Source of the DNA: an uncultured Candidatus Saccharibacteria bacterium
GTDB taxonomy: Bacteria > Patescibacteriota > Minisyncoccia > Minisyncoccales > MHMH01
Direction: 5' to 3'
Length of the DNA stretch: 64,000 nt
NCBI GenBank assembly: GCA_964568775.1
Contig: CAZMQW010000002.1
Location: 4,354-68,353, forward strand
The position numbers and the translations under genes were made by a program. A model generated the notes under the pieces. It was not told the origin of the DNA. It ran no database searches and saw only the letters and a program-made list of their open reading frames with translations. This document shows positions 37,449-46,996 of the stretch, in pieces; positions within the stretch are counted from its first letter, which is position 1, and every line of letters begins with the position of its first letter.

Positions 37449-38186
37449 TTAAATATCAAATAATTGCCTAGCGTTCTTGGTGGTAATTTGGACTATCTCT
37501 CCATGGCTTAATCCTTTTAGCTTAGCAATCTTTTCGGCCACGTATTTTACATAAATCGGCTCATTTCTACCTTGCTTCGGCGGGGGGGTTAAAAACGGAC
37601 AATCGGTCTCAATTAAAATTCTACCCAGAGGTGTCTTTTTAATAATTTCATCTAAAGCAGTCTTGAAAATTATTCCGTTGAACCCCAAATAAAATCCCAT
37701 ATCCAGATATTTTTGCGCCTGCTCCCAGGTGCCGGTAAAACAATGGATAACTCCTCTCAGTTCAGAATTTATAATTTTCAAAAGATCTTGATGAGCCATC
37801 CGACAGTGAAAAATAATCGGCAGGTTCAACTCTTTGGCCAAATCAAGCTGTTTTAGGAAGACTTCCTTTTGTTTTTCCTTGAACGAAACGTATTCTTCCT
37901 TATAATCCAAACCTATCTCGCCGACAGCTACCACTTTCTTTGACTTGGCTAATTCTTTGTATTTCTCAACGTCAAACCCATCTTGGGCGTAAATCGGATG
38001 CAGGCCGATAGCAGCATAAACGCCTTCTTTGTATCTTTCGGCTATCTCCACCGCTCTTTTGCTGCTGGAATACTGTGAACCAGCGTTTATTAGCCAAACA
38101 TCATTATCAAGCGACCGGCGAATGACCTGGTCGGCATCCTCTCTAAAAGCGCTAAAATTCAAATGAGCGTGGGTATCAATAAACAT
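37449..38186 (-). CDS. tatD: TatD-family metal-dependent DNase
   Basis: 245 aa. N-terminus MFIDTHAHLNF plus conserved His/Glu/Asp ligands (GLH, HC). metG-tatD linkage is conserved. Confidence 0.9.
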   Translation of the reverse strand: MFIDTHAHLNFSAFREDADQVIRRSLDNDVWLINAGSQYSSSKRAVEIAERYKEGVYAAIGLHPIYAQDGFDVEKYKELAKSKKVVAVGEIGLDYKEEYVSFKEKQKEVFLKQLDLAKELNLPIIFHCRMAHQDLLKIINSELRGVIHCFTGTWEQAQKYLDMGFYLGFNGIIFKTALDEIIKKTPLGRILIETDCPFLTPPPKQGRNEPIYVKYVAEKIAKLKGLSHGEIVQITTKNARQLFDI

Positions 38187-39568
38187 TAGATTCTCGGGAA
38201 TAATGATTTACTTTTTTTAGCCTTCAGTTGTTTAAGAATTTTCTTAGAGGTTTCGGGCAAAAATGGCTGGAGAAGCCCCACTATTTCTTTTACGACAAAT
38301 AATAAATTGCCGATAACCTGCTGGTTTTTAGTTTCCCAGAGTTTTTCTTTTTCAATATATCTATCACAGAAGCCAATCAATTCCCAAACCGTAGCCAAAG
38401 CTTCATTAAATTTAAATTCATTTAAGGCTTCCTTGTATCTACTGCTAATTTTGTCAATTTCCTGTTTAATCTCGCCGGCCGGCGTCTGAATTTTAGCTTT
38501 TTTAGCCAAAGTTATTAATCTGGCCACCAAATTACCCAACCCACTGGCCAAATCACCGTTATATCTTTCTTTGAACTTATTATAAGTAAAGTCGCCGTCC
38601 TCGGTCGAAGGGATCTCTCGCAAAAGAAAATATCTAACCGGATCGGCACCGTATTCTTTGACTAATTCAAACGGGTCAATCACGTTGCCCAGGCTTTTTG
38701 ACATTTTCTGTCCGCCAGAAGTCAGATAGCCGTGGACAAAGATGGTTTTTGGCAATTTGAAACCGAGCGCCAAAAGCATGGCCGGCCACAATAAAGCGTG
38801 GAAACGAAAAATATCTTTGCCGATGCAATGAACGTCAGCCGGCCAGTATTTTTTGGGATAGAGATAATTTATCAAAGCCTCAAACCAAATATAAATAATC
38901 TGGCTGTTATCTTGAGATACGGGCACTCCCCACTGCAAATTCTCTTTCGCCCGGGAGCAGCTGACATCTTCTATTCCCTGGCTGATAAAACTTAAAATCT
39001 CGTTTTTCCTTCCTTCCGGGACAATCCTCAATTCTCCGCTAGCTATCTTTTCTTGAACCTGGGAAGCATATTTAGAAAGTTTGAAGAAATAATTCTCTTC
39101 TTCAACAATTTCCGGCTTCTGCTGGTGATTGGGACAAAGACCGTCAACCAAATCTTTTTCTTTGATAAAAGCTTCGCACCCCACGCAATAAAGACCTCTG
39201 TATTTCTTTTTGTAGATATCGCCCTTCTTTTGAAGCTCCCCCCAGACTTTATGGACGTTGGGCCAATGCTTTTTTCTGTCAGTGGTCCTGATAAAATCAT
39301 CGTTAGACAAATTGAGAACTTTGGTCAGATTTTTGAATTTTCCAGCTATTTCGTCGGCAAATTTAGCCGGGCTTTTGCCAGCATTTTTAGCCGCTTTGAC
39401 GACTTTCTGGCCGTGCTCGTCCGTCCCGGTCAAAAAGAAAACATCCTCTCCCAAAAGCCGGTGATAACGGGCGGTCACGTCAGCCTGAACCAATTCCAAA
39501 GCAAACCCGATATGAGGAGGGGCGTTGGTATAAGCTATACTGGTGGTGACGTAAAATTTGTTTTTCAT
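38186..39568 (-). CDS. metG: methionyl-tRNA synthetase (minimal form, no C-terminal tRNA-binding appendix)
   Basis: 460 aa. HIGH region AYTNAPPHIGFALE, Zn knuckle CVGC/CPNH and KMSKSLGN. Confidence 0.95.
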   Translation of the reverse strand: MKNKFYVTTSIAYTNAPPHIGFALELVQADVTARYHRLLGEDVFFLTGTDEHGQKVVKAAKNAGKSPAKFADEIAGKFKNLTKVLNLSNDDFIRTTDRKKHWPNVHKVWGELQKKGDIYKKKYRGLYCVGCEAFIKEKDLVDGLCPNHQQKPEIVEEENYFFKLSKYASQVQEKIASGELRIVPEGRKNEILSFISQGIEDVSCSRAKENLQWGVPVSQDNSQIIYIWFEALINYLYPKKYWPADVHCIGKDIFRFHALLWPAMLLALGFKLPKTIFVHGYLTSGGQKMSKSLGNVIDPFELVKEYGADPVRYFLLREIPSTEDGDFTYNKFKERYNGDLASGLGNLVARLITLAKKAKIQTPAGEIKQEIDKISSRYKEALNEFKFNEALATVWELIGFCDRYIEKEKLWETKNQQVIGNLLFVVKEIVGLLQPFLPETSKKILKQLKAKKSKSLFPRI

Positions 39569-39616
39569 GTTATAATAATTACTGAATACATCTTATCATA
39601 TTTTCGTTAAATTAAA

Positions 39617-40066
39617 ATGCTTTTAACTCCCCATATTTTAGCCGGCGCCGCCATCTTTTCCAACGTTGCCAACCCTGTTCTCGGTCTTTCTCTGGCTTTC
39701 TTGAGCCATTATTTTTTAGATTTGTTCCCCCAAAAAGAATATTCGATCGCTAATATCCGAAGCAGATGCTGGAAACAATCTCTGCCGGACTTCATTAAAG
39801 TATTCTCAGATATGCTTCTTGGCCTGCTTATTATTTTCTTAATTGTTGGCTATAATCCTTTCTTTTTTATCGCTGCTCTGGTGGCTATTGTGCCTGACGG
39901 TTTCACTATGCTAACTTTAATTTTCAGTAAAAACCAACTGCTGAAAAAACACGACAAACTGCACGCAGCCATAAACGCTTTCTGCGAAAATAAAAATCTC
40001 CCCGCTTTCTGGGGAGTATCCAGCCAGCTTATAACTGTGGGGCTGGCTATTTTCTTTTTACTATAA
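39617..40066 (+). CDS. hypothetical small membrane protein (4 predicted TM)
   Basis: 149-aa hydrophobic ORF, the only plus-strand gene in this block. Convergent with rsmI, overlapping it by 20 nt. Confidence 0.35.
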   Translation: MLLTPHILAGAAIFSNVANPVLGLSLAFLSHYFLDLFPQKEYSIANIRSRCWKQSLPDFIKVFSDMLLGLLIIFLIVGYNPFFFIAALVAIVPDGFTMLTLIFSKNQLLKKHDKLHAAINAFCENKNLPAFWGVSSQLITVGLAIFFLL

Positions 40067-40706
40067 CAACGAATTCGCCCTTGATTTCATTCAGTTTTCC
40101 TAAAACCTCTTTTATTGTCCCACGGTAAATCGTCTCGAATTTCTTAGTCAGCTCCCGGCAAACCACTATCTGCAATCTCTCATCCATCGTCCCTAACTCA
40201 GTTAGGGATTTTATTATCCGGTGGGGCGATTCGTAAAAAATTACCGGATATTTTGAGTCAGCCACTTCTTCAAAAAACTTCTTCCTTTTTTTCTTAACCG
40301 GCGGAAAGCCTAAGAAAACGAACTTGTCCATGGAAAAGCCAGCAATGCAGGCCGCCGCAGTCATCGCGCATACTCCAGGCACTGGCACAATTTTAATATC
40401 TTTCTCAATTAATTCGGCGACTAGCTTGCCTCCCGGATCGGAAATAGCCGGCGTGCCAGCGTCCGAGACTAGGGCCAGATTTTTTCCTTCTTTCAAAAGC
40501 TGGCTGATATATTCAACTTTTTCCAATTTGGAGTGCTGATGGTAGCTCAAAGTCGGCGTTTTAATGTCGTAACGGTCCAACAGTTTTTTGGTCTCTCTGG
40601 TATCCTCGCACAAAATTAAATCAACCTCCGACAATGTCCGGAGGGCTCTTTTGGAAATATCTTCCAGATTCCCGATTGGGGTGCCGACTATATAAAGAGT
40701 GCTCAT
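40047..40706 (-). CDS. rsmI: 16S rRNA (cytidine1402-2'-O)-methyltransferase
   Basis: 219 aa. N-terminus LYIVGTPIGNLEDISKRALRTLSEVDLILCEDTR is the RsmI/tetrapyrrole-methylase signature. Confidence 0.9.
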   Translation of the reverse strand: MSTLYIVGTPIGNLEDISKRALRTLSEVDLILCEDTRETKKLLDRYDIKTPTLSYHQHSKLEKVEYISQLLKEGKNLALVSDAGTPAISDPGGKLVAELIEKDIKIVPVPGVCAMTAAACIAGFSMDKFVFLGFPPVKKKRKKFFEEVADSKYPVIFYESPHRIIKSLTELGTMDERLQIVVCRELTKKFETIYRGTIKEVLGKLNEIKGEFVVIVKRK

Positions 40707-41737
40707 GCTACCAGTTGGGCTTTTTCTTTTTCTTCTTTCCTCCGCTTGAGTAAGTCTCTTAAAAACTCAAACATAATGCCGGCAATCGGAATAGCCAGTA
40801 AGGCTCCCATCATCCCCCATAATTTCGCTCCGGCCATTACCGCCACCAAAACCAGAACCGGCGGCAGGCCGATGAATTTTTTTGTCAAAACCGGGTTGAG
40901 AATATTGCCTTCTATCTGTTGGATAATCAGGAAAGCGATCAAAAAGAAAAGGGCTTTTGTCCAGGAAGTCAAAGCGACCAGAATAACGACAAAGATGCCG
41001 GTGACAACCGGACCGATAATCGGAATAATATTCAGAACGCCGGCCAAAAAACCGAAAGACATCGCGTACTTAATATTCAAAACGTAACAGGTGGCGAAAG
41101 TCGTGAGTCCCACAAATAAGCAGCATAAAACCCTGGCGCCGAACCAGCCGCCAACCTTCTTCTGCGACCTGGCCCAAAGACTCAAGGCGAAAGCCTCGTA
41201 TTTTTTAGGGGAAAGTATGCCGATTATCTTATCAATGCCTTTTTCCTCCAACGACAGGAAAAGGGCAATGGCGAAAATGGTAATAGTTGAAAAGATGCCC
41301 CCGAAAATAGCTCCGACCGCGCTGAAAATATTTGACGAAGCCTGGGTCAATCCCTGTTCAAACGTCTGGCTGAAGCTTTCAAAACTTTCAAAAGCCTCAA
41401 TACCCAAGCCCTTCAATAAAGGCGATACTCTTTCAAAGTATTCGGGGAACACCTGGGAGAATTGGTTTATTTCGGAAACGAAAATGGGAGCGGTTGAATA
41501 AATCATGAATCCCAGGATGCCGAAAATAACCACGTAAATCAAGATAGTGGCCAGAACCCGGGGAAAGTATTTGCGGCTGAGGAAATCAATGGCCGGGTTG
41601 AATAAAACAGACAGGATCAAGCCGAAAATAACCCAAACCAAAATATCTCTCAGTAAATAGAGGAAGTAAAGGGAGAAAAAAGCGACCGTTATCTTCAAAA
41701 TCGTCCCCCAGGAAATATCTAAAACCCTTGAATTCAT
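40703..41737 (-). CDS. AI-2E family transporter (PerM/UPF0118 permease)
   Basis: 344 aa, 8 TM, typical AI-2E topology and conserved GLxxxIP C-terminal block. Confidence 0.8.
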   Translation of the reverse strand: MNSRVLDISWGTILKITVAFFSLYFLYLLRDILVWVIFGLILSVLFNPAIDFLSRKYFPRVLATILIYVVIFGILGFMIYSTAPIFVSEINQFSQVFPEYFERVSPLLKGLGIEAFESFESFSQTFEQGLTQASSNIFSAVGAIFGGIFSTITIFAIALFLSLEEKGIDKIIGILSPKKYEAFALSLWARSQKKVGGWFGARVLCCLFVGLTTFATCYVLNIKYAMSFGFLAGVLNIIPIIGPVVTGIFVVILVALTSWTKALFFLIAFLIIQQIEGNILNPVLTKKFIGLPPVLVLVAVMAGAKLWGMMGALLAIPIAGIMFEFLRDLLKRRKEEKEKAQLVA

Positions 41738-41750
41738 ATTATGATAAGCC

Positions 41751-43016
41751 TTATTTTCTTAATAATTTCTCGAATTTGCTTTTGTCTTTAAACGGGCCGA
41801 TTAAAGCCAAGTTCAGTTTCTTTGGTTGGAAAATGTCCCGGGCAACTCTCAAAATATCACCCCCCGAAACTTTATCAATTTTAGCATAGATTTCCTTGGG
41901 GGTTAATATCTCTCTTTTAAAAAGCTCCTGCTCGCCGTAAAAAGAAGCCAAAGCGTCGGAAGACTCCAAAAGCAAAGCCATTTTTCCTTTGATGTAGTCT
42001 TTGGCTTTTTTCAGTTCGGCCGGGGGCACTGTTTTCTGAGAAATTTTTTTGTATTCTTTCAAAATGGTAGTGATTGCTTTTTCAACGTTCTTGTTGTCAA
42101 CTCCGGCCCGGGTCATTAAAAAGCCTGTGTCAGGATTGGCATTAGTCTCGGTTTTAACGTAATAAGCCAAACCTAGTTTCTCTCTCACCTCCATAAATAA
42201 TCTGGAACTCATCATCCCGCCCAGAATAACTCCCAAAACTTCCTGGGCATATCTTTGCGTCTGAAAAAGATTGTAAGAGCGGCCGCCCAAACAAAGATGG
42301 GTCTGGTCGGTCTTTCTCTCATGGATCAGACACTCGGGCAAAGTCTGCCGTTCAATGACTTTTGGTTTTTTAAGATAAGGGCTGGCGCCGATAGAGACGA
42401 AGATCTTTTTGGTTTTAGCAACGACTTGAGAGGCCTTAATGTTGCCAGCCAAACAAACAATGGTGTTCGAGGCCACGTACTGGTTTTTCATATATTGGAG
42501 CAATTTCTGGCGGTTGATTCGGCTGACACTCTTTTTAGTCCCGGCAATATCCCAGCCGGCCGGCTGGTCGCCGTAAAGAAGCTTCATCCATAAAATCTCC
42601 ACAAAGGCCATGGGATTGTCGTTGATCATATTTATTTCCTCAATAATCACGCCTTTCTCCTTCTGAGCTTCTTTTTCCGGCAAAATGCTGTTCAGAAAAA
42701 TATCGGAAACCCAATCCAAAGCCAAATCAAACTGGCCAGCCGCCACTTTAGCAAAATAGCCGGTATAGTCTTCGCCGGTAAAAGCATTATAAATGCCCCC
42801 GATCTTATCCAAGGTTTCGGCTATTTCCAGTTTATCTGGCCTTTTCTTGGTGCCTTTGAAAAACATGTGCTCTAAGAAATGGGAGATGCCTGAAATCTCC
42901 TTTGTTTCGTATTTGGAGCCGGTGCCCACCAAAACCAAAACCGTCACAGCCTGGGTACCTTTTTGCGGAACGGTAATAATTCTTAAGCCGTTGGGTAGAG
43001 TTGTTTTTTTAAACAC
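41751..43016 (-). CDS. M16-family zinc peptidase (insulinase-like)
   Basis: 421 aa with inverted zinc motif HFLEHMFFKGT (HxxEH) and the downstream Glu region. Confidence 0.8.
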   Translation of the reverse strand: MFKKTTLPNGLRIITVPQKGTQAVTVLVLVGTGSKYETKEISGISHFLEHMFFKGTKKRPDKLEIAETLDKIGGIYNAFTGEDYTGYFAKVAAGQFDLALDWVSDIFLNSILPEKEAQKEKGVIIEEINMINDNPMAFVEILWMKLLYGDQPAGWDIAGTKKSVSRINRQKLLQYMKNQYVASNTIVCLAGNIKASQVVAKTKKIFVSIGASPYLKKPKVIERQTLPECLIHERKTDQTHLCLGGRSYNLFQTQRYAQEVLGVILGGMMSSRLFMEVREKLGLAYYVKTETNANPDTGFLMTRAGVDNKNVEKAITTILKEYKKISQKTVPPAELKKAKDYIKGKMALLLESSDALASFYGEQELFKREILTPKEIYAKIDKVSGGDILRVARDIFQPKKLNLALIGPFKDKSKFEKLLRK

Positions 43017-44296
43017 GGAATTAAATCTTTAATTTTAACTCTTTTTTGTTTCATAGTGTCCCTGTCTCTCAAAGTCAAATCATTCTTCTTTAAACTGTCG
43101 AAGTCAATCGTTAGAGCATAAAGTGTGCCGATTTCGTCCTGCCGACGATAGCGGCGGCCGATCGAACCGACCTCGTCGTACTGAACCGTAAAATAAGGCT
43201 TCAATAGTTTATAAACTTCTTTGGCTTTTTTGACTATCGCCGGCTTATTCTTGACCAAAGGCAGAACAGCGATTTTTATCGGCGCTAAGGTTTTGTAAAG
43301 TTTCAATAAAATTTCCGTTTCTTTGGTAGCCTCGGTCGTTTTGGTCCGGCCACCCTTAACTTCACCATAAGCGTCAACCAAGAAAGCCAGGAAAGAACGA
43401 TCGGCTCCGCCCGAAGTCTCGATAATGTAGGGAATGTAGCCTTCGTACTTGAAGTCTTGGCCGGAATGTTTGGCGTGGTTGGACAAATCATAATCTCCCC
43501 GGTTGTGCACTCCTTCTATTTCCTGCCAGCCAAAAGGAAACTTGTATTCGATGTCCACCTGCCGCCGAGCGTAGTGAGCTCTTTCCCTAATCGGAATTTC
43601 CCTGGCTCTCAGGTTGGTTTTTTTGATACCCAAACTTAAATACCATTTCATTCTCTGCTGTTTCCAATAATTAAAGAATTTGTCGGCCTGCTGGGGAGAA
43701 CAGAACCATTGCATTTCCATTTGCTCAAATTCGCGCGTCCGGTAGATAAAATTGCCGGGCGTTATTTCGTTTCTGAAAGCTTTGCCGATTTGGGCAATGC
43801 CGAAAGGAATTTTAAGCCTCATTGAGTTGAGCACGTTTTCGAAATTGACGTAAATTCCCTGGCAGGTCTCCGCCCTCAAAAAAGTTTCGGACGTCTCATC
43901 CTCCACCGAACCGACGAAAGTTTTCATCATTAGGTTGAATTTTCTCGGTTTGGCCAAACTACCCCCGCATTTGGGGCATTTGTTTTTGACATCGTCTGAC
44001 TTGAATCGCTTGTGGCATTTACTGCACTCGACCAATTCGTCGGCAAACCCAGCCGTCAAATGGCCCGAAGCCTGCCAGACTTTCGGCGACATCAAAATGG
44101 CTGCATCCAGTCCGACAATATTGTTTTGTTTTCTGGTCATCTCTCCCCACCAGGCTTTTTTAATGTTGTTTTTCATTTCCACGCCCAAAGGGCCGAAGTC
44201 GTAGCACGACCCGAAACCGCCGTAGATTTCCGAGGAAGGGAAAACAAATCCTCTTCTTTTGGCTAGAGATACTATTTTTTGCATTAAATCATCCAT
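42983..44296 (-). CDS. glyQS: glycyl-tRNA synthetase, dimeric class II type
   Basis: 437 aa. N-terminus [33 protein letters not shown]. Class II motifs and C-terminal anticodon-binding domain. Confidence 0.9.
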   Translation of the reverse strand: [437 protein letters not shown]

Positions 44297-44301
44297 AAAG
44301 T

Positions 44302-45981
44302 TTACTGGATAATTCCTTCTGAAAAGGAAACTGTTTCATCGTCCGGCAAGGTAGTGTTGATGGCCGGGTCTTCGCCCCGGACAATCAACCCGGTGAATTC
44401 GTCTTCACCGCTGATTTCAGCTTCGCCGATAATTTGGGGGGTAGTTCCTTGCTGGAAAACTGAGGGAGTAAAAGCGACCTGGAAAGCGACCGAAGGGCCA
44501 GGCGTCAAAACGCCCTTGCCAGCATCCAAATTTTCCAATTCCCAAACAACCTCTCGGGAACCCGAGTCAAACGTCAACCTTGAACCTTCGGGAAAAATAT
44601 TGCCCGTCAGCCTGGCCTGGCTGCTCAAGGTTGCTTTCACCCTTATATTTTTAACATCATTATAATAATTGTTGGCCTGCCAGATAATGGTATAGGTCGT
44701 TGTCTGGCCCACCCGGGGAGGAACGGGGCCGGTGTTGCCGAAAACCTCGTCTTCGTAATAGCCTTTCTGGATTATCTCCAGTTTTGAATTGACTTTGGTG
44801 GTAAATTCCTGTTGGGCCTGTGAAAGAAACACTTTGTCCCTCAAAACCAAATTCTTGTCGTTAAGGCTCTGCATCGGCCAATCATCTTTGAGTTCGATCC
44901 AGAATTCAATCTTACCTTCCTCTCCTACGTCCAGAAACTGGAGGCTGGAAACCCTGCGCCAGTCAAAGATTATCGAATTGTCGCCCGATTCAAAGTCGCC
45001 CAAAGGCGCTTTCAGGCTCTGGAAATCAAATATGTTTCCCTCCAGGGTGGCCACCAAAAACAAATTGGTGAAAACGTCGTTGCCAATATTCTTGAAGAAA
45101 ATTTCGTAGTGCAGGGTGTCACCGGGGCTAGCAACGTATTGGGGACTGTTGTTTATTTGCTGAGAAATATGCAGAGAAGGAGTAATTATTTGAACCGCCC
45201 GAATTGTCTCTTTCAATAAAACGAATTCTCCGTCCTGCCAGGAGCCTAATTGAGCTTTAAACTGTTTCTGCTCGCCGATTTCTCCTCTTAGGTTGCCGGC
45301 TATCTCAATGCGGCCGCCCTCGGCCTTGTTTAAAAGGCCGATCTCCCAATCTGTTTCTTCTAAAGCCTGAGGCTTAGAACTTTGGAATTCGAAATCAGAA
45401 GGGTATTCAACCTTAATGCCTAAATTGGAAAGCGGGTAATTGGCGTTGGAAAAATAATTTAACTTAAAACTGATTTCTTTGCCCGAATCAATTTTAGAAG
45501 GCAAATCAAACTCCAAGGTCAAAGGGACTGAAGTGATTTGGGTGGAACGGGAAGTTTCCGACTCGTAGCGGGCTTTGAGGCTTTTGGGCTGGTAGTTCAG
45601 CCAGGCCTTGGCTGCTTTGATTTCGCCTTCCTTGCCAAGCAATCTGGCTTTAAAAGTGAAAGTCTGCTCCTGGCCGGGGTAAATGTCTTCCAAAAGTATT
45701 TCCTGCCTCAAAGATTCTCCCTCGTCGACCAGGGAATATTCTGGACGCTCAAAAACCAGGCGGGGATCCTCCAGTCTAACATTGCCGTTATTTTTATATT
45801 TGACCGTGTACTCAATCTCCTGGCCCAATTCAGCCTGGTCGGGACCAAGAATTTCCAGTTTCAGGATCTCTTTGGAATAAATATTCCTTTGGTAATACCA
45901 AAAGCCGACCGCTCCGATAATCACGGCGGCGACAATAATAATTAAAACGGGTCTATTTTTAATAAGTTTGTTTATCGTCAT
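44302..45981 (-). CDS. hypothetical surface protein: N-terminal signal anchor + repeated beta-sandwich (DUF11/CARDB-like) domains
   Basis: 559 aa. TM anchor VLIIIVAAVIIGAVGFW followed by repetitive Ig-like sequence. No catalytic motifs. Confidence 0.4.
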   Translation of the reverse strand: MTINKLIKNRPVLIIIVAAVIIGAVGFWYYQRNIYSKEILKLEILGPDQAELGQEIEYTVKYKNNGNVRLEDPRLVFERPEYSLVDEGESLRQEILLEDIYPGQEQTFTFKARLLGKEGEIKAAKAWLNYQPKSLKARYESETSRSTQITSVPLTLEFDLPSKIDSGKEISFKLNYFSNANYPLSNLGIKVEYPSDFEFQSSKPQALEETDWEIGLLNKAEGGRIEIAGNLRGEIGEQKQFKAQLGSWQDGEFVLLKETIRAVQIITPSLHISQQINNSPQYVASPGDTLHYEIFFKNIGNDVFTNLFLVATLEGNIFDFQSLKAPLGDFESGDNSIIFDWRRVSSLQFLDVGEEGKIEFWIELKDDWPMQSLNDKNLVLRDKVFLSQAQQEFTTKVNSKLEIIQKGYYEDEVFGNTGPVPPRVGQTTTYTIIWQANNYYNDVKNIRVKATLSSQARLTGNIFPEGSRLTFDSGSREVVWELENLDAGKGVLTPGPSVAFQVAFTPSVFQQGTTPQIIGEAEISGEDEFTGLIVRGEDPAINTTLPDDETVSFSEGIIQ

Positions 45982-46592
45982 ATGTTTTCATTATACCATT
46001 GAGAAACGTCTTTTAATAATTTAAGGTGGTTGGATTCAAGCTTCAGCCTTGAGAGAATCGACCAGTCTTTTTTAAAAATAACCTTTAAAATCTTGGCAAC
46101 GTCGCAATCAATCTTCTTGCTCCCGATGGAACAACCGTGGATTTCCGGTGCGTACCCAAGAATGGAAACCAAGTGCCAAAAAAAATAATAATAAACTATT
46201 TCTGGTTTTTTCAACGAACCCAGCCTGTCAAACACTTCCTTGAGTAGTTGCCAGATCTGATCGTCTTTTTCCTCTTTGACAATCAAGTTATCAAAAGTTT
46301 CGGCGATTTGATGGGCGATTTTCAGTCTGGCTAAATCTTGCCTGATTCTCGGAAAGCTATCAATCAAAATGGCGTCGGTCAAAGTTTTGTGGGCTTTGCC
46401 CTGGATAAACTCAACCTCTGACAGATAAAACAGTTCAGTGCCACCCCTCAGTTTTGATTTGATTTTCCTGATGGCTTTGCCTAAAATCTCCAGCTTGCCG
46501 AAATCCTGAGTATAAATTGTAAACAGCTGATTGGCCTCTCCCCGATCAGTTTTTTTAATAATAAAACCTTGAGCACGGTAATGGATGGCCAT
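45978..46592 (-). CDS. recO: DNA repair protein RecO
   Basis: 204 aa. N-terminal OB-fold region IIKKTDRGEANQLFTIYTQDFGKLEILGKAIRK typical of RecO. Confidence 0.8.
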   Translation of the reverse strand: MAIHYRAQGFIIKKTDRGEANQLFTIYTQDFGKLEILGKAIRKIKSKLRGGTELFYLSEVEFIQGKAHKTLTDAILIDSFPRIRQDLARLKIAHQIAETFDNLIVKEEKDDQIWQLLKEVFDRLGSLKKPEIVYYYFFWHLVSILGYAPEIHGCSIGSKKIDCDVAKILKVIFKKDWSILSRLKLESNHLKLLKDVSQWYNENI

Positions 46593-46596
46593 CGGC

Positions 46597-46992
46597 CTAA
46601 AATCCTTTTTTCATAGCTTCCATGGTTTCAATTTCAACCCTTAATTCCTTTTTCTTAGTGGGAGATGCCCAGGCCATTTCTTTTTTCTTTTTATTTATCA
46701 GCCTGCTGAAATCTGTCGTTGAAAGGCCGTGGGACCGCTTTGATTCGGTCCGCCACTTATTAATAAGGTCTACCCGTTGCTGTTTGCCAAGTTTTTTTGC
46801 GCTTAACTTAGAGTAACTTTTATACGGAGCTTTTCTAGCGGACTCTCTCATTTGGACGAAAGAACGATAGCCCTTTTCTCCCAAAATACCGGGCTTAGGG
46901 GTTGGTTTTGGTTGGGTTGCCGGTTTGCTAGAAACTGGCCTTAATACTGGTCCCGGTTTCGGAGAAGGTCTTCTAAAAAATGGGAAAGCCAT
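46597..46992 (-). CDS. hypothetical basic protein with Pro/Lys-rich N-terminus
   Basis: 131 aa (PSPKPGPVLRPVSSKPATQPKPTPKPG...). Sits between ileS and recO in the same operon. No family recognised. Confidence 0.35.
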   Translation of the reverse strand: MAFPFFRRPSPKPGPVLRPVSSKPATQPKPTPKPGILGEKGYRSFVQMRESARKAPYKSYSKLSAKKLGKQQRVDLINKWRTESKRSHGLSTTDFSRLINKKKKEMAWASPTKKKELRVEIETMEAMKKGF

Positions 46993-46996
46993 AAAC

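Noticed and set aside
39053-39610. 185-aa plus-strand ORF antisense to metG
   Set aside because: Antisense to a highly conserved aaRS gene, with no motif and hydrophobic low-complexity sequence. Likely spurious.
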